Program-made: the position numbers and the translations under genes
Notes under the pieces: model-generated
Told to the model about the DNA's origin: nothing
What the model saw: only the letters and a program-made list of their open reading frames with translations
Database searches by the model: none
Source: Bacteroidales bacterium
Lineage (GTDB): Bacteria; Bacteroidota; Bacteroidia; Bacteroidales; UBA10428
Direction of reading: 5' to 3'
Assembly: GCA_050295515.1 (NCBI GenBank)
Contig: JBNKPU010000010.1
Span: 10,826-74,825, forward strand
DNA length: 64,000 nt
Shown here: piece after piece, positions 1 to 9,859 of the stretch
Layout of the letters: each line of letters opens with the position of its first letter
How positions within the stretch are numbered: position 1 is the stretch's first letter

Positions 1-2
1 CA

Positions 3-1769
3 AGCGATTCTGTTAAAACTTTTAAAGAAATCCACTTACAGCCGGTAACTGAAACAAAAGCCTGGATAGATCCGGTAGACGAGCAATTGTTCATTGGTGA
101 GGAAAAGATTTATGAGGTGTATTCAAACAACATTCAAAACTTAAACATTTCCAATGAATGGGTTAAGCTACCCGATCTGGAATATCGGTTTACCAAGAAG
201 AATGACCAAGTATTTTTACATATCATTCCCAAAAGGGTTGGTGATTTAACCATAAATGCACCTTTAAAAGCTTACAAACCTAAATTAACAGAAAGTAAGA
301 CATTAGATTTCAATTTGTCGCCTTTGAGCTATTTATTCAATGTAAAAGCAAGCCGGCTGCAATTTTTAAGCCTCGACAAAGCAGAGATCACCTATAGCGA
401 AGAAACCAGGATGGATGGTATAGAGGTACAATTGGAAAGCAACAGGTTTTTTGTGCTCCAAAAAACCTACAGGATAGAAAACCAGGAAGAACCAGGTGGC
501 GCCCTTATTGCCGAGCTGTTTACAAAAAGAAGGCTTGCCAATAACCGGATACTTTGTATTATCCGTCCATACAATTTCCACAGAATATCTGATGGTTACC
601 TATTTATAAAGGATGGAGACAATCCGAGGTTTATTACAAATGTAAATGTGACCCCAGCCACCAAAATAAAAAAGATCAGCATTCTTCATGACGGAACAGA
701 GTGGAAAACCTCGAAGGCTGTGCATCCCGGAGAAACAGTTGATATTAAACTTGAAGGGGAAGGCCTGCACAAAGCCCGGCTTGCATTTGAAGGGCTGATA
801 GATTTAACCAGCGATACCTTGATTCGAAATGAGAATGAATTGTATTTCAAGCTTAAAGTTCCTATCGATATAACCAAAAAGAAGCTCAACATTTACAATT
901 ACAATAATCCCACCGGAGAATTACTTACAGTAGGGGAATTTCAGCGTCCGAAAGAACTTGACTTTGTTTATATCAATTATGGTGACTTTGGACGCAGGCT
1001 TTCGGGCGTTAAGGAACCTATCTTATATGACGATATTATACGGGATATAATATTCTCTTTTAATAACAGCAAGATTGATGACGAAAAGCTTTATGGCAAG
1101 CAATATCTCAACCTTAAAATACAAATAACCGATAAACGCAACCAGCTCATTGAGCTTAAAACAATTGACAACATAGTAATTTGCCCATCAGAAGATTCTC
1201 CGAGGGGTAAATATTACAACTCGCGCGATTGCTATACCGGAGACTTAAGCTTGAACAAAGAAATACGAAAACCAACATATAACCTGGATGAATGGAGCCG
1301 GATTAAAATAACGGTCTCGCACGATAAGTCTAAGTATGGTGGCAATGGATATTCAAAAGAAGTAGAAATCATTCTTAAGAGAAATTTTTCCTTTGATGTT
1401 GAGGTATCCTTTCCTGCCGGCCTATTAACTATCTACCCGGGAGATACAACCAAAGAAATAGGTGGTTTAAGTGGCATTAGTATGGCCATGATAGCACAAT
1501 TTAGTTTTTACCACCCCGAAAAGATAAATTCGTTTCGTCCCTTCAAAGTAGGTGCCGGGTTTTTGGCATTAAACGCGTTCAATTTATCTGAAGGAATGGA
1601 CCTTGGTGTGGTTGTATTGGGCAGTGTTTACCCCACTACAAAAGACACAAAGTTCAGCTTCCCGCTATATTTGGGTGCAGGGTATAACATAAGCGGATCA
1701 GATGAAAAACTTAGTCCGGCACAACGCTTCTTCTTTATGATCGGTCCGGGCATACGGGTAAGGTTTTAG
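3..1769 (+). CDS. hypothetical protein whose N-terminus lies upstream of the window; beta-rich C-terminal part ending ...GIRVRF (outer-membrane-like)
   Basis: The frame is open from nt 3 through the TTG at 87 chosen by the ORF track. It runs 589 codons to the TAG at 1767-1769. No catalytic motif recognised. Confidence 0.5.
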   Translation, partial: SDSVKTFKEIHLQPVTETKAWIDPVDEQLFIGEEKIYEVYSNNIQNLNISNEWVKLPDLEYRFTKKNDQVFLHIIPKRVGDLTINAPLKAYKPKLTESKTLDFNLSPLSYLFNVKASRLQFLSLDKAEITYSEETRMDGIEVQLESNRFFVLQKTYRIENQEEPGGALIAELFTKRRLANNRILCIIRPYNFHRISDGYLFIKDGDNPRFITNVNVTPATKIKKISILHDGTEWKTSKAVHPGETVDIKLEGEGLHKARLAFEGLIDLTSDTLIRNENELYFKLKVPIDITKKKLNIYNYNNPTGELLTVGEFQRPKELDFVYINYGDFGRRLSGVKEPILYDDIIRDIIFSFNNSKIDDEKLYGKQYLNLKIQITDKRNQLIELKTIDNIVICPSEDSPRGKYYNSRDCYTGDLSLNKEIRKPTYNLDEWSRIKITVSHDKSKYGGNGYSKEVEIILKRNFSFDVEVSFPAGLLTIYPGDTTKEIGGLSGISMAMIAQFSFYHPEKINSFRPFKVGAGFLALNAFNLSEGMDLGVVVLGSVYPTTKDTKFSFPLYLGAGYNISGSDEKLSPAQRFFFMIGPGIRVRF

Positions 1770-1776
1770 CAGCTTA

Positions 1777-2020
1777 GAGCCTGCTGAAAAACACACTTTT
1801 AACACATTATCTGCATGTTATATGAATAGAATGAGTTTTACGTACAAGGAATTCTTCAATATGGCTTAAAATTGTTTGCACCTAAAAAGTTGAAAATAAT
1901 TCCAAAAGTGTTAGCCAGAAAGTAGCAATTTACTTCCTTGCCTGCAATTCACAGTATGCTAATAGGTCTTCATTTTGTCAAGTCGCATCTCACTACTTTC
2001 TGACTTTTTTAGCAAGCCTA
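1777..2020 (+). mobile_element. MITE-like non-coding repeat, copy A (~244 bp)
   Basis: Manual alignment to the reverse complement of 54829-55071 gives about 18 differences over ~244 positions. Imperfect terminal inverted repeats (GCCTGCTGAAAAACAC / GACTTTTTTAGCAAGCC). Flanking CTTA at 1773-1776 and 2021-2024. No ORF. Confidence 0.6.
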
Positions 2021-2080
2021 CTTAACTGCCCCTATTATTTGTTTTTCATCTTTTTTGCATGGCAGTAGATTTATTTATTG

Positions 2081-2088
2081 TATATTTG
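2081..2088 (+). promoter_or_regulatory. candidate Bacteroidota -7 promoter box (TATATTTG = TAnnTTTG) for gpx
   Basis: Matches TAnnTTTG 44 nt upstream of the gpx ATG. A TTTG lies at 2054-2057, slightly farther than the usual -33 spacing. Confidence 0.3.
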
Positions 2089-2131
2089 TATCGCGTACGA
2101 TTTATTCTTGCGCGATATTTATAACAGGATT

Positions 2132-2611
2132 ATGAAAACATTACACGACTTTAGCGCTAAATCTTTGCAAGGCAAAGAAGTTAGTATGGACGAATATGCG
2201 GGCAAATACGTACTCGTTGTCAATACCGCAAGCAAATGCGGCTTTACCCCACAATATGCAGGCCTTGAAAAACTGCATGAACGCTTTCAGGACAAAGGAC
2301 TTGTTATCCTGGGGTTTCCTTGCAATCAATTTGGGAACCAGGAACCGGGAACAGAAAAAGATATTGCTGAAGGCTGTTTGATCAACTACGGTGTAACTTT
2401 TCCTATGTTTTCAAAGATAGATGTCAATGGAGAAAATGCCCATCCCATTTACAAGTATTTAAAGAAAGAAAAAGGGAGTATTTTAGGAAGTAGAATTAAA
2501 TGGAACTTTACCAAGTTCCTCATCGATCCTGACGGAAAACCAGTTAAACGCTATGCCCCTATGGTTAAACCTGAAAAAATTGGAGCAGAACTGGAAAAAA
2601 TTTTAGATTAA
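2132..2611 (+). CDS. gpx: glutathione peroxidase (Cys type)
   Basis: MKTLHDFSAKSLQGKEV..VVNTASKCGFTPQY..LGFPCNQFGNQEPG..WNFTKFLI are hallmark GPx motifs. Start moved to the internal ATG at 2132, because the upstream 18 codons look non-native. Confidence 0.93.
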   Translation: MKTLHDFSAKSLQGKEVSMDEYAGKYVLVVNTASKCGFTPQYAGLEKLHERFQDKGLVILGFPCNQFGNQEPGTEKDIAEGCLINYGVTFPMFSKIDVNGENAHPIYKYLKKEKGSILGSRIKWNFTKFLIDPDGKPVKRYAPMVKPEKIGAELEKILD

Positions 2612-2707
2612 ACTTCCACTATCAGTTTTCGGAATATCTTTTGCTTTGTTCCTATATCCAATAAATTTTCATAGAACATTTAGCTTTGTTTTCGAATATT
2701 ACATCTT

Positions 2708-3172
2708 ATGAGCTTTGAACAATTAAAACTGAAACACCAACTGTGTTTTCCACTTTACGCTGCATCACGACTTGTGATCAGGGAATACCAGCCCTTTTTG
2801 GATAAATTGGGACTGACATATCCTCAATATCTTGCTTTATTGGTATTATGGGAAAACGAAGAGCTTTCGGTCCAGGAAATAGCATCCATCCTGATCTTAA
2901 ATACCAATACACTCACACCTTTGCTCAAGCGGATGGAGAAAATGGATTTAATTACAAGAAAAAGGTCAAAAGAGGATGAGCGTGTTGTTAAAATAGCACT
3001 TACACAGAAAGGCAGAGAACTTGAAAGTGAGGCAAAAGATATTCCATATAGTATAAGTTCAAAACTATTGGAAGGAGGTATTAAGATAGAAGATTATACC
3101 CAAATAAAAGAGCAACTTCAAGACATAATAAGAAGGTTAAACAGACAGGAGAAAAAGTTAAAAAAAAAATGA
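2708..3172 (+). CDS. MarR-family regulator, OhrR-like (organic hydroperoxide sensing type)
   Basis: Winged-helix MarR core (TYPQYLALLVLWE...VQEIA...LLKRMEK..LITRKR). N-terminal reactive-Cys context (QLCFPLYA) typical of OhrR. Adjacent to gpx. Confidence 0.8.
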   Translation: MSFEQLKLKHQLCFPLYAASRLVIREYQPFLDKLGLTYPQYLALLVLWENEELSVQEIASILILNTNTLTPLLKRMEKMDLITRKRSKEDERVVKIALTQKGRELESEAKDIPYSISSKLLEGGIKIEDYTQIKEQLQDIIRRLNRQEKKLKKK

Positions 3173-3231
3173 ATGATCCAATTTAGTCATCCCATACAAA
3201 CATGCCCAACATCCAGGTTAGCGAGGAATAA

Positions 3232-4125
3232 TTATTCCAGTGGACTATCCTCTCTTTTCTTTCTGTCTTCATGGCCAAAACGGTCCGAAACCAGTCCAAT
3301 AATTTCATTGGCACTTGTCTCCACTGGTTTGTTGGTTACATTTATTTTGGTGAAGTTGCCCTTTTCAAAAATAAAATTTGCGTACCTCAATTCTTCCCGC
3401 ACAGCAATTTGGTCAATATAGGTATTATTCGATGTATTCCGCATTTGCTCAAGACGTTTATGCCTTTGGGCAATAAGGTGGCTCATACCGATACTTAAAC
3501 CAAACACCCTTTGAGGATCTACTTTGAAGAGTTGCTTGGGAGGGTCAATGCCTTTTACGATTGGAACATTGGCTACTTTCCAGCCAAACATCGACATGTA
3601 TATACTCAATGGTGTTTTACCGCTTCTGGATACCCCTATAAGAATTATCTCAGCATCTAACAAACGGTCTGTATTTAATCCATCATCGTGATTAAGGGTA
3701 TATTCCATTGCCTCGATACGATGATAATACTGTGAGTTTATGCGTCGGTACAATCCTGGCACATTAACTGATTGAAGTCCCAATTCCTCATCAAGATAGT
3801 CAGCAAGTGGTCCCATAAAATCTATATGCTTGATTTCCTGTTCCTCGCACTCTTTGATCAACCTTTTTCTCAAAGGACCATTTACCATAGTATGTGCAAT
3901 TATTCCACCAGCTTTTTTAACTTTCTGTACCACCTCTATGATTTTCTTCTCATCCTGTACATTTGGAATAACATTTACCGGAATTTTATTTTCAGGATAT
4001 TGAATGATGAGTGAATGCACCATGGTATGACCTGCCAGGCCTTTACCTCCTGACACAACATAAATAGGGGTTTTCCTTTTATCCTTTAAATTACCATGAC
4101 TTTCCATTAGACCTAAGTTAGGCAT
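3232..4125 (-). CDS. ppsR: PEP synthetase / pyruvate phosphate dikinase regulatory protein (kinase/pyrophosphorylase, DUF299)
   Basis: P-loop ILIGVSRSGKTPLSIYM followed by WKVANVPIV. Length about 297 aa, typical of the family. Confidence 0.85.
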   Translation of the reverse strand: MPNLGLMESHGNLKDKRKTPIYVVSGGKGLAGHTMVHSLIIQYPENKIPVNVIPNVQDEKKIIEVVQKVKKAGGIIAHTMVNGPLRKRLIKECEEQEIKHIDFMGPLADYLDEELGLQSVNVPGLYRRINSQYYHRIEAMEYTLNHDDGLNTDRLLDAEIILIGVSRSGKTPLSIYMSMFGWKVANVPIVKGIDPPKQLFKVDPQRVFGLSIGMSHLIAQRHKRLEQMRNTSNNTYIDQIAVREELRYANFIFEKGNFTKINVTNKPVETSANEIIGLVSDRFGHEDRKKREDSPLE

Positions 4126-4164
4126 AATGAGTCAAATTTACCAAACTACAGGATAAGGAACCAA

Positions 4165-7100
4165 TTATTTTCGTTCCTGGTGCAACTTGCTCATTGCAGC
4201 TGCAACACGACGGTTTAACCTCCGTAGCCTGAAGTTCTCCACATATTTAAGCAGTCTGAACAACACATCAAAATACAATACAACAAATAGAATTAGAGAA
4301 GATATCCAGATTCTAACAATATTAAACCAGTAGGTATCTATATAGAATTTACCTATGCGTTTAAAGGGAGCATAAAAATGAGCCCTGCCATTCTTCGAAA
4401 CAGGCATGGTATAAACAGGATCCTTTAATTTGATCACGTTATTGCGAAAAACAAAATAGTACAACATCTCTTTATCGTTTTTCACGATAGATGCCAACCG
4501 ATTATTGTAAAACTGTCTTTTAAATTCCAGTAATTGCTGTTTTCCACCAGATTCAGAGAGTAAATTCCCATAGACTTTATCTTGTAAAGCAATCGCTGTT
4601 ATATATTTCTGATGATAGCTTTGCTTGATCGCTTCAAGATAAGCAGCAACCGAATCAAGGATAGATTCATTTATGTTGTCTGTTTTCAAACTTCTCAAAT
4701 CACCTTTAAACTTGATTCCAGATAAAACTTCCAGGTTTGAAATCTCGTTGCGCAGCAATTCTAAATTATTCTGAACTTTTGTCCCTTCACCTTTATGCTC
4801 AATATTTTCCATTACATCATTAAGCCTGCCATTTAGTTCAGGTATCAGATATGCTTTAACATATAGGGCTTCGTTCATGCCCATTTCTATATCAAAAAAT
4901 TCCTTCTCATATTTATTTTCGCAAAACTGTGCGACAACCAACGATTCGTAAGCCCATCTCGAAGTCATGGCTTCACCAACGATAGGCACATACTTGAAAG
5001 ACTGTAATGATTTGTTCAGGTTGTAAAAGTCTACAACCACTCCACTGAACAACAACTGGGGCACCAAAATTAATGGCACAAGTATATAAATAGTAACAAC
5101 CGACTTAAACCCTGATGAAATATTCAACCCTAAAATATTGGCCCAAGCTGCTGTAGTGAATAATATGATGAAAAATCTCCATCCCATGCCTTTAATTTCT
5201 AGGATATAATTTCCGATCAATACAAATAGCAGCATTTGAACTGCCGATATCATAAACATGATCCCAGCTTTCGAAAAAAGGTAACTTGAACGGCTCAGGT
5301 TAAGAAATCGCTCCCTTTCCAGCAATTTACGGTCCCTGAATATTTCCTCGGCACTTAACACCAAGCCTAAAAACAAGGCAACAATTACCGACATAAAAAG
5401 GTAAGCTGGTATATTGTTGTTCAGTCCAAAAAAGTAGGTCGTTATATGCCCGGTGGTATCACGGCTACTTCGCATATAAAAAGCCAGTAAAAGAGCCAAT
5501 ACAGGCGCCTCGAGCAAGGTAACAATTAAGTATTGAGTATTTTTGAGTTTTGCCGACACATCCCTTTTGAAATAGAGTTTGGCCTGTTTCCAGGGTGTAG
5601 GTGCTTTAAAGTCTGACTTTGGAATTTTTTTCCGGAAAGGCCTTCGGATATTTCGGATAATTGGATCGATTCGTTCCATATACAGGTCGTACCATTCCTG
5701 CGGCGAGGTCTTTCTTTGCCTTGTCAGCCTTCCGTTAACATCTACAACCCGGGCCTCGATGTTCCTTAATATCTGGTCTGAATTAATATTACCACACGAC
5801 AGGCATTCACCTGAGTCGGCATCGACATAATGGTTGATACGTTTGAAATAACCAATAGCATCCAATGGGTTTCCATAATAAATCACCCTGCCCCCCTGGT
5901 CAACCACAAGCAGTTTGTCCAATAGCTTAAAGATCTCTGACGATGGCTGATGTATGTTAGCAAATACCAACCTACCCCTGTAGGCTTGTCTTTTGAGCAA
6001 GTTCATCACTTTCTCGGAATCACTGGACGAAAGGCCCGATGTGGGTTCATCTACAAATAGCACAGCCGGCTCACGCAGCAACTCCAAAGCAATGTTCAAC
6101 CTTTTTCGCTGTCCACCGCTCAAGTAGGTGTTTATTGCATCACCAACCTGCAAATCCCTTGCTTCTACCAGATCAAAATCGAGCAATGCAAGCTCAACCA
6201 GTTTGTTAATTTGTTCGACACTATAATCGCCAAATGAAAAACATGCGTTGTAAAACAGGTTCTCAAATACCGTAAGTTCTTTGATCAGAAATTCATCTTG
6301 GGGCACATAGCCAATCAGTCCTTTAATTTGCCCTGACCTATCAAGGATATTATAGTCGTTTATCCTGATTTCGCCATGGTGGGGTTTTATTATGCCTGCC
6401 AAAACCTTAAGGAGGGTTGATTTACCGCTTCCACTACCTCCAATTATTCCAATTAGCCTTCCGGATTCTTCGTTCAGGTTAAACCGCTTAATGCCATTTG
6501 GACTGCGTCCATAAGAAAATTCGATATCAGTAGCAGTAAAAACAAACTGGTTGCGGTTCATTGCCCGTATAAACTGACCAAATACCCATATGTAATAAAC
6601 ACTCCCGAACATCGAGTTCTTAATAACAGAACCGGGTGCCCAGATATATGACCTGTTATTTTTTATGTTGTGCCCATTCAGAAGAAGCTCCTGGGTTCCA
6701 TAATAGCGGAAGACCAATGTATTGGTGGAAGGTATTCTTAGTACAGTAATCTGACCTGCTATTTTATCAATAAAGAGTTGACGAATTTTCAACTCATTTT
6801 TTTCCCTGGAAGAGTTTACTAAAAGCAGGTTTTCCTTATCTGTAATCTGTTCCAGTTCTCCAAACGTAAAGTGCTTGGTAGCTTTATATTCCTCCATGGA
6901 AATATTAAGCCTGGTGCATACGTCTTCAATAAAATTGAATTGAAACGTCGAAATTTTGCCACCACTGCTGATGAAGTCGAACAAAAAAATCATAATAAAG
7001 ATTTTCTGCTCTTGCTGCAGCTCTTTGTTGAGGGTTGAGCAAAGTTCGCTTACTGCTTTGATATTGATTATATTCCGTTCTTCCTGGTCCTTGTCTGCAA

Positions 7101-7296
7101 TATCGGTCTGGTCTGGGTGGTACTCTTCCAGGTAACGGTCAAATATTTGTAGGTAGCTATCGACAAGTTCGTTGCTAAATTGCCTTTGCAGGTATTCATA
7201 AACAACATCGCGTTCAATGCTGGCCTGCCCTTTCTTGTTCACATAGGCAACCAGAGCAAACAAGCGCATCAAAGCTTTAAGTATCGATTCGTTCAT
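4165..7296 (-). CDS. ABCG-like (ABC-2) half transporter, 1043 aa, with ~280-aa N-terminal extension and large loop before the last TM
   Basis: Walker A GIIGGSGSGKST, signature LSGGQRKR and Walker B LFVDEPTSGLSS. These are followed by 5 hydrophobic helices, a ~230-aa polar segment and a final TM (WFNIVRIWISSLILFVVLYF). Confidence 0.85.
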   Translation of the reverse strand: MNESILKALMRLFALVAYVNKKGQASIERDVVYEYLQRQFSNELVDSYLQIFDRYLEEYHPDQTDIADKDQEERNIINIKAVSELCSTLNKELQQEQKIFIMIFLFDFISSGGKISTFQFNFIEDVCTRLNISMEEYKATKHFTFGELEQITDKENLLLVNSSREKNELKIRQLFIDKIAGQITVLRIPSTNTLVFRYYGTQELLLNGHNIKNNRSYIWAPGSVIKNSMFGSVYYIWVFGQFIRAMNRNQFVFTATDIEFSYGRSPNGIKRFNLNEESGRLIGIIGGSGSGKSTLLKVLAGIIKPHHGEIRINDYNILDRSGQIKGLIGYVPQDEFLIKELTVFENLFYNACFSFGDYSVEQINKLVELALLDFDLVEARDLQVGDAINTYLSGGQRKRLNIALELLREPAVLFVDEPTSGLSSSDSEKVMNLLKRQAYRGRLVFANIHQPSSEIFKLLDKLLVVDQGGRVIYYGNPLDAIGYFKRINHYVDADSGECLSCGNINSDQILRNIEARVVDVNGRLTRQRKTSPQEWYDLYMERIDPIIRNIRRPFRKKIPKSDFKAPTPWKQAKLYFKRDVSAKLKNTQYLIVTLLEAPVLALLLAFYMRSSRDTTGHITTYFFGLNNNIPAYLFMSVIVALFLGLVLSAEEIFRDRKLLERERFLNLSRSSYLFSKAGIMFMISAVQMLLFVLIGNYILEIKGMGWRFFIILFTTAAWANILGLNISSGFKSVVTIYILVPLILVPQLLFSGVVVDFYNLNKSLQSFKYVPIVGEAMTSRWAYESLVVAQFCENKYEKEFFDIEMGMNEALYVKAYLIPELNGRLNDVMENIEHKGEGTKVQNNLELLRNEISNLEVLSGIKFKGDLRSLKTDNINESILDSVAAYLEAIKQSYHQKYITAIALQDKVYGNLLSESGGKQQLLEFKRQFYNNRLASIVKNDKEMLYYFVFRNNVIKLKDPVYTMPVSKNGRAHFYAPFKRIGKFYIDTYWFNIVRIWISSLILFVVLYFDVLFRLLKYVENFRLRRLNRRVAAAMSKLHQERK

Positions 7297-7309
7297 AACC
7301 CGGGCAATT

Positions 7310-7349
7310 AAAAAAGCTGCCTATATTGCAATTTAACAATACAGGCAGC
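7310..7349 (-). terminator. rho-independent terminator after the 7374-8183 gene
   Basis: On the minus strand: GCTGCCT..(loop)..AGGCAGC followed by TTTTTT. Confidence 0.7.
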
Positions 7350-7373
7350 CTTACATAAATTTTATCTATCTAA

Positions 7374-8183
7374 TTACGAAACAAGTGTATCACGAATTGC
7401 TTCGATAGTAGAGGTTATTGCTTGTAGTTGTTCTGCATTCAAACTTCCGTCGGTAGCATCGTACAACTCTTTTAGCTTGATCAAAGACCCTTGAAGAGAC
7501 TGGAGGTACTGGTTATCTGGAAACTTCTCGTTCAGTTTGATCAATTCTTTCAATGGTTGAGCCTGGCTGTAAATAATTTTCACCATCTCGGTATTGTTAA
7601 AAGTCTCATCAGAAATATGAGTGGCAATAAACAAGCCTTCGATATAGAAACCATTGGCCATTAAGGCTGCCAAAGCGGGGTCACTCTCTTTGTAAAGGAA
7701 GTCATAAACATTGTAAAACATGTTAGTGGCTAATTTTACTAAAGAATCACTGGTAATTTCAGCATCTTCATCGGCTGACATTAAAGTCTTATAATCTATT
7801 TTGATGCTTAAATCGTCGACAAGGTCTTTGACGGCTTTTGAATAGGCATCTATATCATCCTGCTTTTCGTTGACAAGTGCATAAGAAAGGTCTGCGCCAT
7901 AAACACCCAGGTTTACAGCCTTAACATTGGTAATCATGTATTTTTCAATTGCATTTACCGGATTAAGGACTTTGCCTACATAGCTTGCTCCGATTCCTTC
8001 AAGCATGTTATAAACCCCCATTGGTTCAGGAAGTGGAAACACAGCTGTCTCCAAGCCTTCTTTTATATCTTCTTTGCTTATCTTATCTCCTTGGTCTGTA
8101 TTTGATGAAGTATCGGTACTTTGTTTGCACGATACGATGAACACAAGCATTAAAATGCTCAATACTGTTGATTTTAGTTTCAT
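7374..8183 (-). CDS. lipoprotein of unknown function (paralogue of 29245-30147)
   Basis: Signal peptide plus lipobox (LMLVFIVSC). Shares LNPxN...(A/V)(V/I)NLGVY(G/A)xDLSYA and overall helical composition with the 300-aa ORF at 29245-30147. Confidence 0.7.
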   Translation of the reverse strand: MKLKSTVLSILMLVFIVSCKQSTDTSSNTDQGDKISKEDIKEGLETAVFPLPEPMGVYNMLEGIGASYVGKVLNPVNAIEKYMITNVKAVNLGVYGADLSYALVNEKQDDIDAYSKAVKDLVDDLSIKIDYKTLMSADEDAEITSDSLVKLATNMFYNVYDFLYKESDPALAALMANGFYIEGLFIATHISDETFNNTEMVKIIYSQAQPLKELIKLNEKFPDNQYLQSLQGSLIKLKELYDATDGSLNAEQLQAITSTIEAIRDTLVS

Positions 8184-8385
8184 ACAATTAGTTTTTAGTT
8201 TAGGATTTTGTTCGTGAAATTACAATCCTATGTTTTTTTTACGGGTACAAAGATAGCATTTCTGAACGTATGGAATATAGCCTAATCTAAAAATTCACCA
8301 TTTATTAATATTTGCTTGATAGTTTGTTTTATGGAAACTTCAAACTCGAAACTCTGAACTCATTTCTTTTCCTTATTTTTGCAGC

Positions 8386-9849
8386 ATGTCGACTAAAAAA
8401 ATCCGTATCGAAAAAGATTTTCTGGGCGAGAAAACCATTCCAGAAGATGCCCTGTACGGTATTCACTCCATCCGGGCAAAGGAAAATTTTCCGGACAACA
8501 CTGTATTTCATATCGAATGGTACAAAGCACTAGGTTCAGTAAAAAAAGCCTGTTATTTAACTGCTAAAGATTTTTTCGAAAAAGCTTCAGAAAAAATCCA
8601 GATGGAACAAACAAACCTTAAAATAATTTCTCCTGATATATTGAATGCATTGGTTTCTGCTGCTGAAGAAGTTGAATCCGGTAAATGGTTTGAACATTTC
8701 ATTACCCCAGCAATATCCGGAGGGGCTGGAACAAGTATCAACCTTAATATCAACGAGATAATCTCCAACCTTTCATTGAAAAAACTTGGTCATGAAACAG
8801 GCAATTACCAGATAATTGATCCTATTGAAGAAGCAAATATTTTTCAATCGACCAATGATGTAGTACCAACCTCTTTAAGAGTTGCTACAATTAGGCTGCT
8901 TATCGATCTTGAAGAGAAAATTAACGAAACCCGTTTCGATATTGAAAAACTGGAAAAGAAACACAACAACCACCTTAGAAAAGGATATACCCAGATGCAG
9001 GAAGCTGTACCATCTTCGTTCGGAAGGCTTTTTAGCACCTATAACGACGCCCTTTCCCGAGACTGGTGGAGGGTTTCTAAATGTTTCGAGCGCATTAAAG
9101 TGGTTAACCTGGGGGGCAGTGCAATAGGGTCTGGAATAACAGCACCAAGGTATTTCACTATGGAGGTTACCCGAAAGCTTCAGGAAATATCCAATCTCCC
9201 GGTAACACGCGGAGAAAACCTTTTTGATGCCACAAACAATCTGGATACTTTGGTAGAAGTACACGGCATTCTTAATGCCCATGCGGTAAACCTCGAAAAA
9301 ATGGCCAACGACTTAAGGTTGTTGTCTTCCGACTTGCTGGAAAACAAGACAGTTGAAATTCCAAAAAAGCAGATTGGCAGTTCCATAATGCCCGGAAAAG
9401 TCAATCCTGTAATACCCGAATTCGTTATTAGCTGCGCACACCGGATATATTCAAACGATGCAATAGTTACAAGCCTGAGTGCTCAAGGGTGCCTCGAACT
9501 CAATGCCTATCTCCCGATGATAGGACATGCCCTCATAGATAGTTTAAAACTATTGATCGCTTGTAACCAAACAATCAAACAAAACCTGTTTGATGGCCTA
9601 ATTATCAAACCTGGCCTGGCTGAGCTGTCCCTTTTTAAAAGCCCTTCCATCACAACAGCATTGGTGCCTTACATTGGTTACAATCAAGCATCGAAGCTGG
9701 CCTTGCAGATGAAAGAAAACCAATGCGACATTTTTGAGGCAAACAACGCATTGAAAATCATGGTAATCGACAAATTAAAAGATGCCCTATCGCCTGAAAA
9801 ACTGTTAAAGGCAGGGTTCACCCTAAAAGACATTCAGGGCAATCAATAA
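8386..9849 (+). CDS. aspA: aspartate ammonia-lyase family protein (class II fumarase/aspartase superfamily)
   Basis: Signature GSSIMPGKVNPVIPE (aspartase-like, V-I-P-E rather than the fumarase T-Q-C-E). N-terminus IEKDFLGEK..P..ALYG. Confidence 0.88.
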   Translation: MSTKKIRIEKDFLGEKTIPEDALYGIHSIRAKENFPDNTVFHIEWYKALGSVKKACYLTAKDFFEKASEKIQMEQTNLKIISPDILNALVSAAEEVESGKWFEHFITPAISGGAGTSINLNINEIISNLSLKKLGHETGNYQIIDPIEEANIFQSTNDVVPTSLRVATIRLLIDLEEKINETRFDIEKLEKKHNNHLRKGYTQMQEAVPSSFGRLFSTYNDALSRDWWRVSKCFERIKVVNLGGSAIGSGITAPRYFTMEVTRKLQEISNLPVTRGENLFDATNNLDTLVEVHGILNAHAVNLEKMANDLRLLSSDLLENKTVEIPKKQIGSSIMPGKVNPVIPEFVISCAHRIYSNDAIVTSLSAQGCLELNAYLPMIGHALIDSLKLLIACNQTIKQNLFDGLIIKPGLAELSLFKSPSITTALVPYIGYNQASKLALQMKENQCDIFEANNALKIMVIDKLKDALSPEKLLKAGFTLKDIQGNQ

Positions 9850-9859
9850 ATTATCAAAA

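Noticed and set aside
2132-2611. Possible selenocysteine recoding in gpx (and in hoxH)
   Set aside because: The active-site residue is encoded by a Cys codon (…ASKCGFT…), and hoxH ends in DPCLSCATH. No in-frame TGA is needed.
3173-3421. 82-aa ORF immediately after the MarR gene
   Set aside because: It overlaps the 3-prime end of the PpsR-like gene on the opposite strand, and its composition is not protein-like.
8312-8533. 73-aa and 60-aa ORFs overlapping the aspA 5-prime end
   Set aside because: They overlap the promoter and start of a well-supported gene, and their composition is not protein-like.
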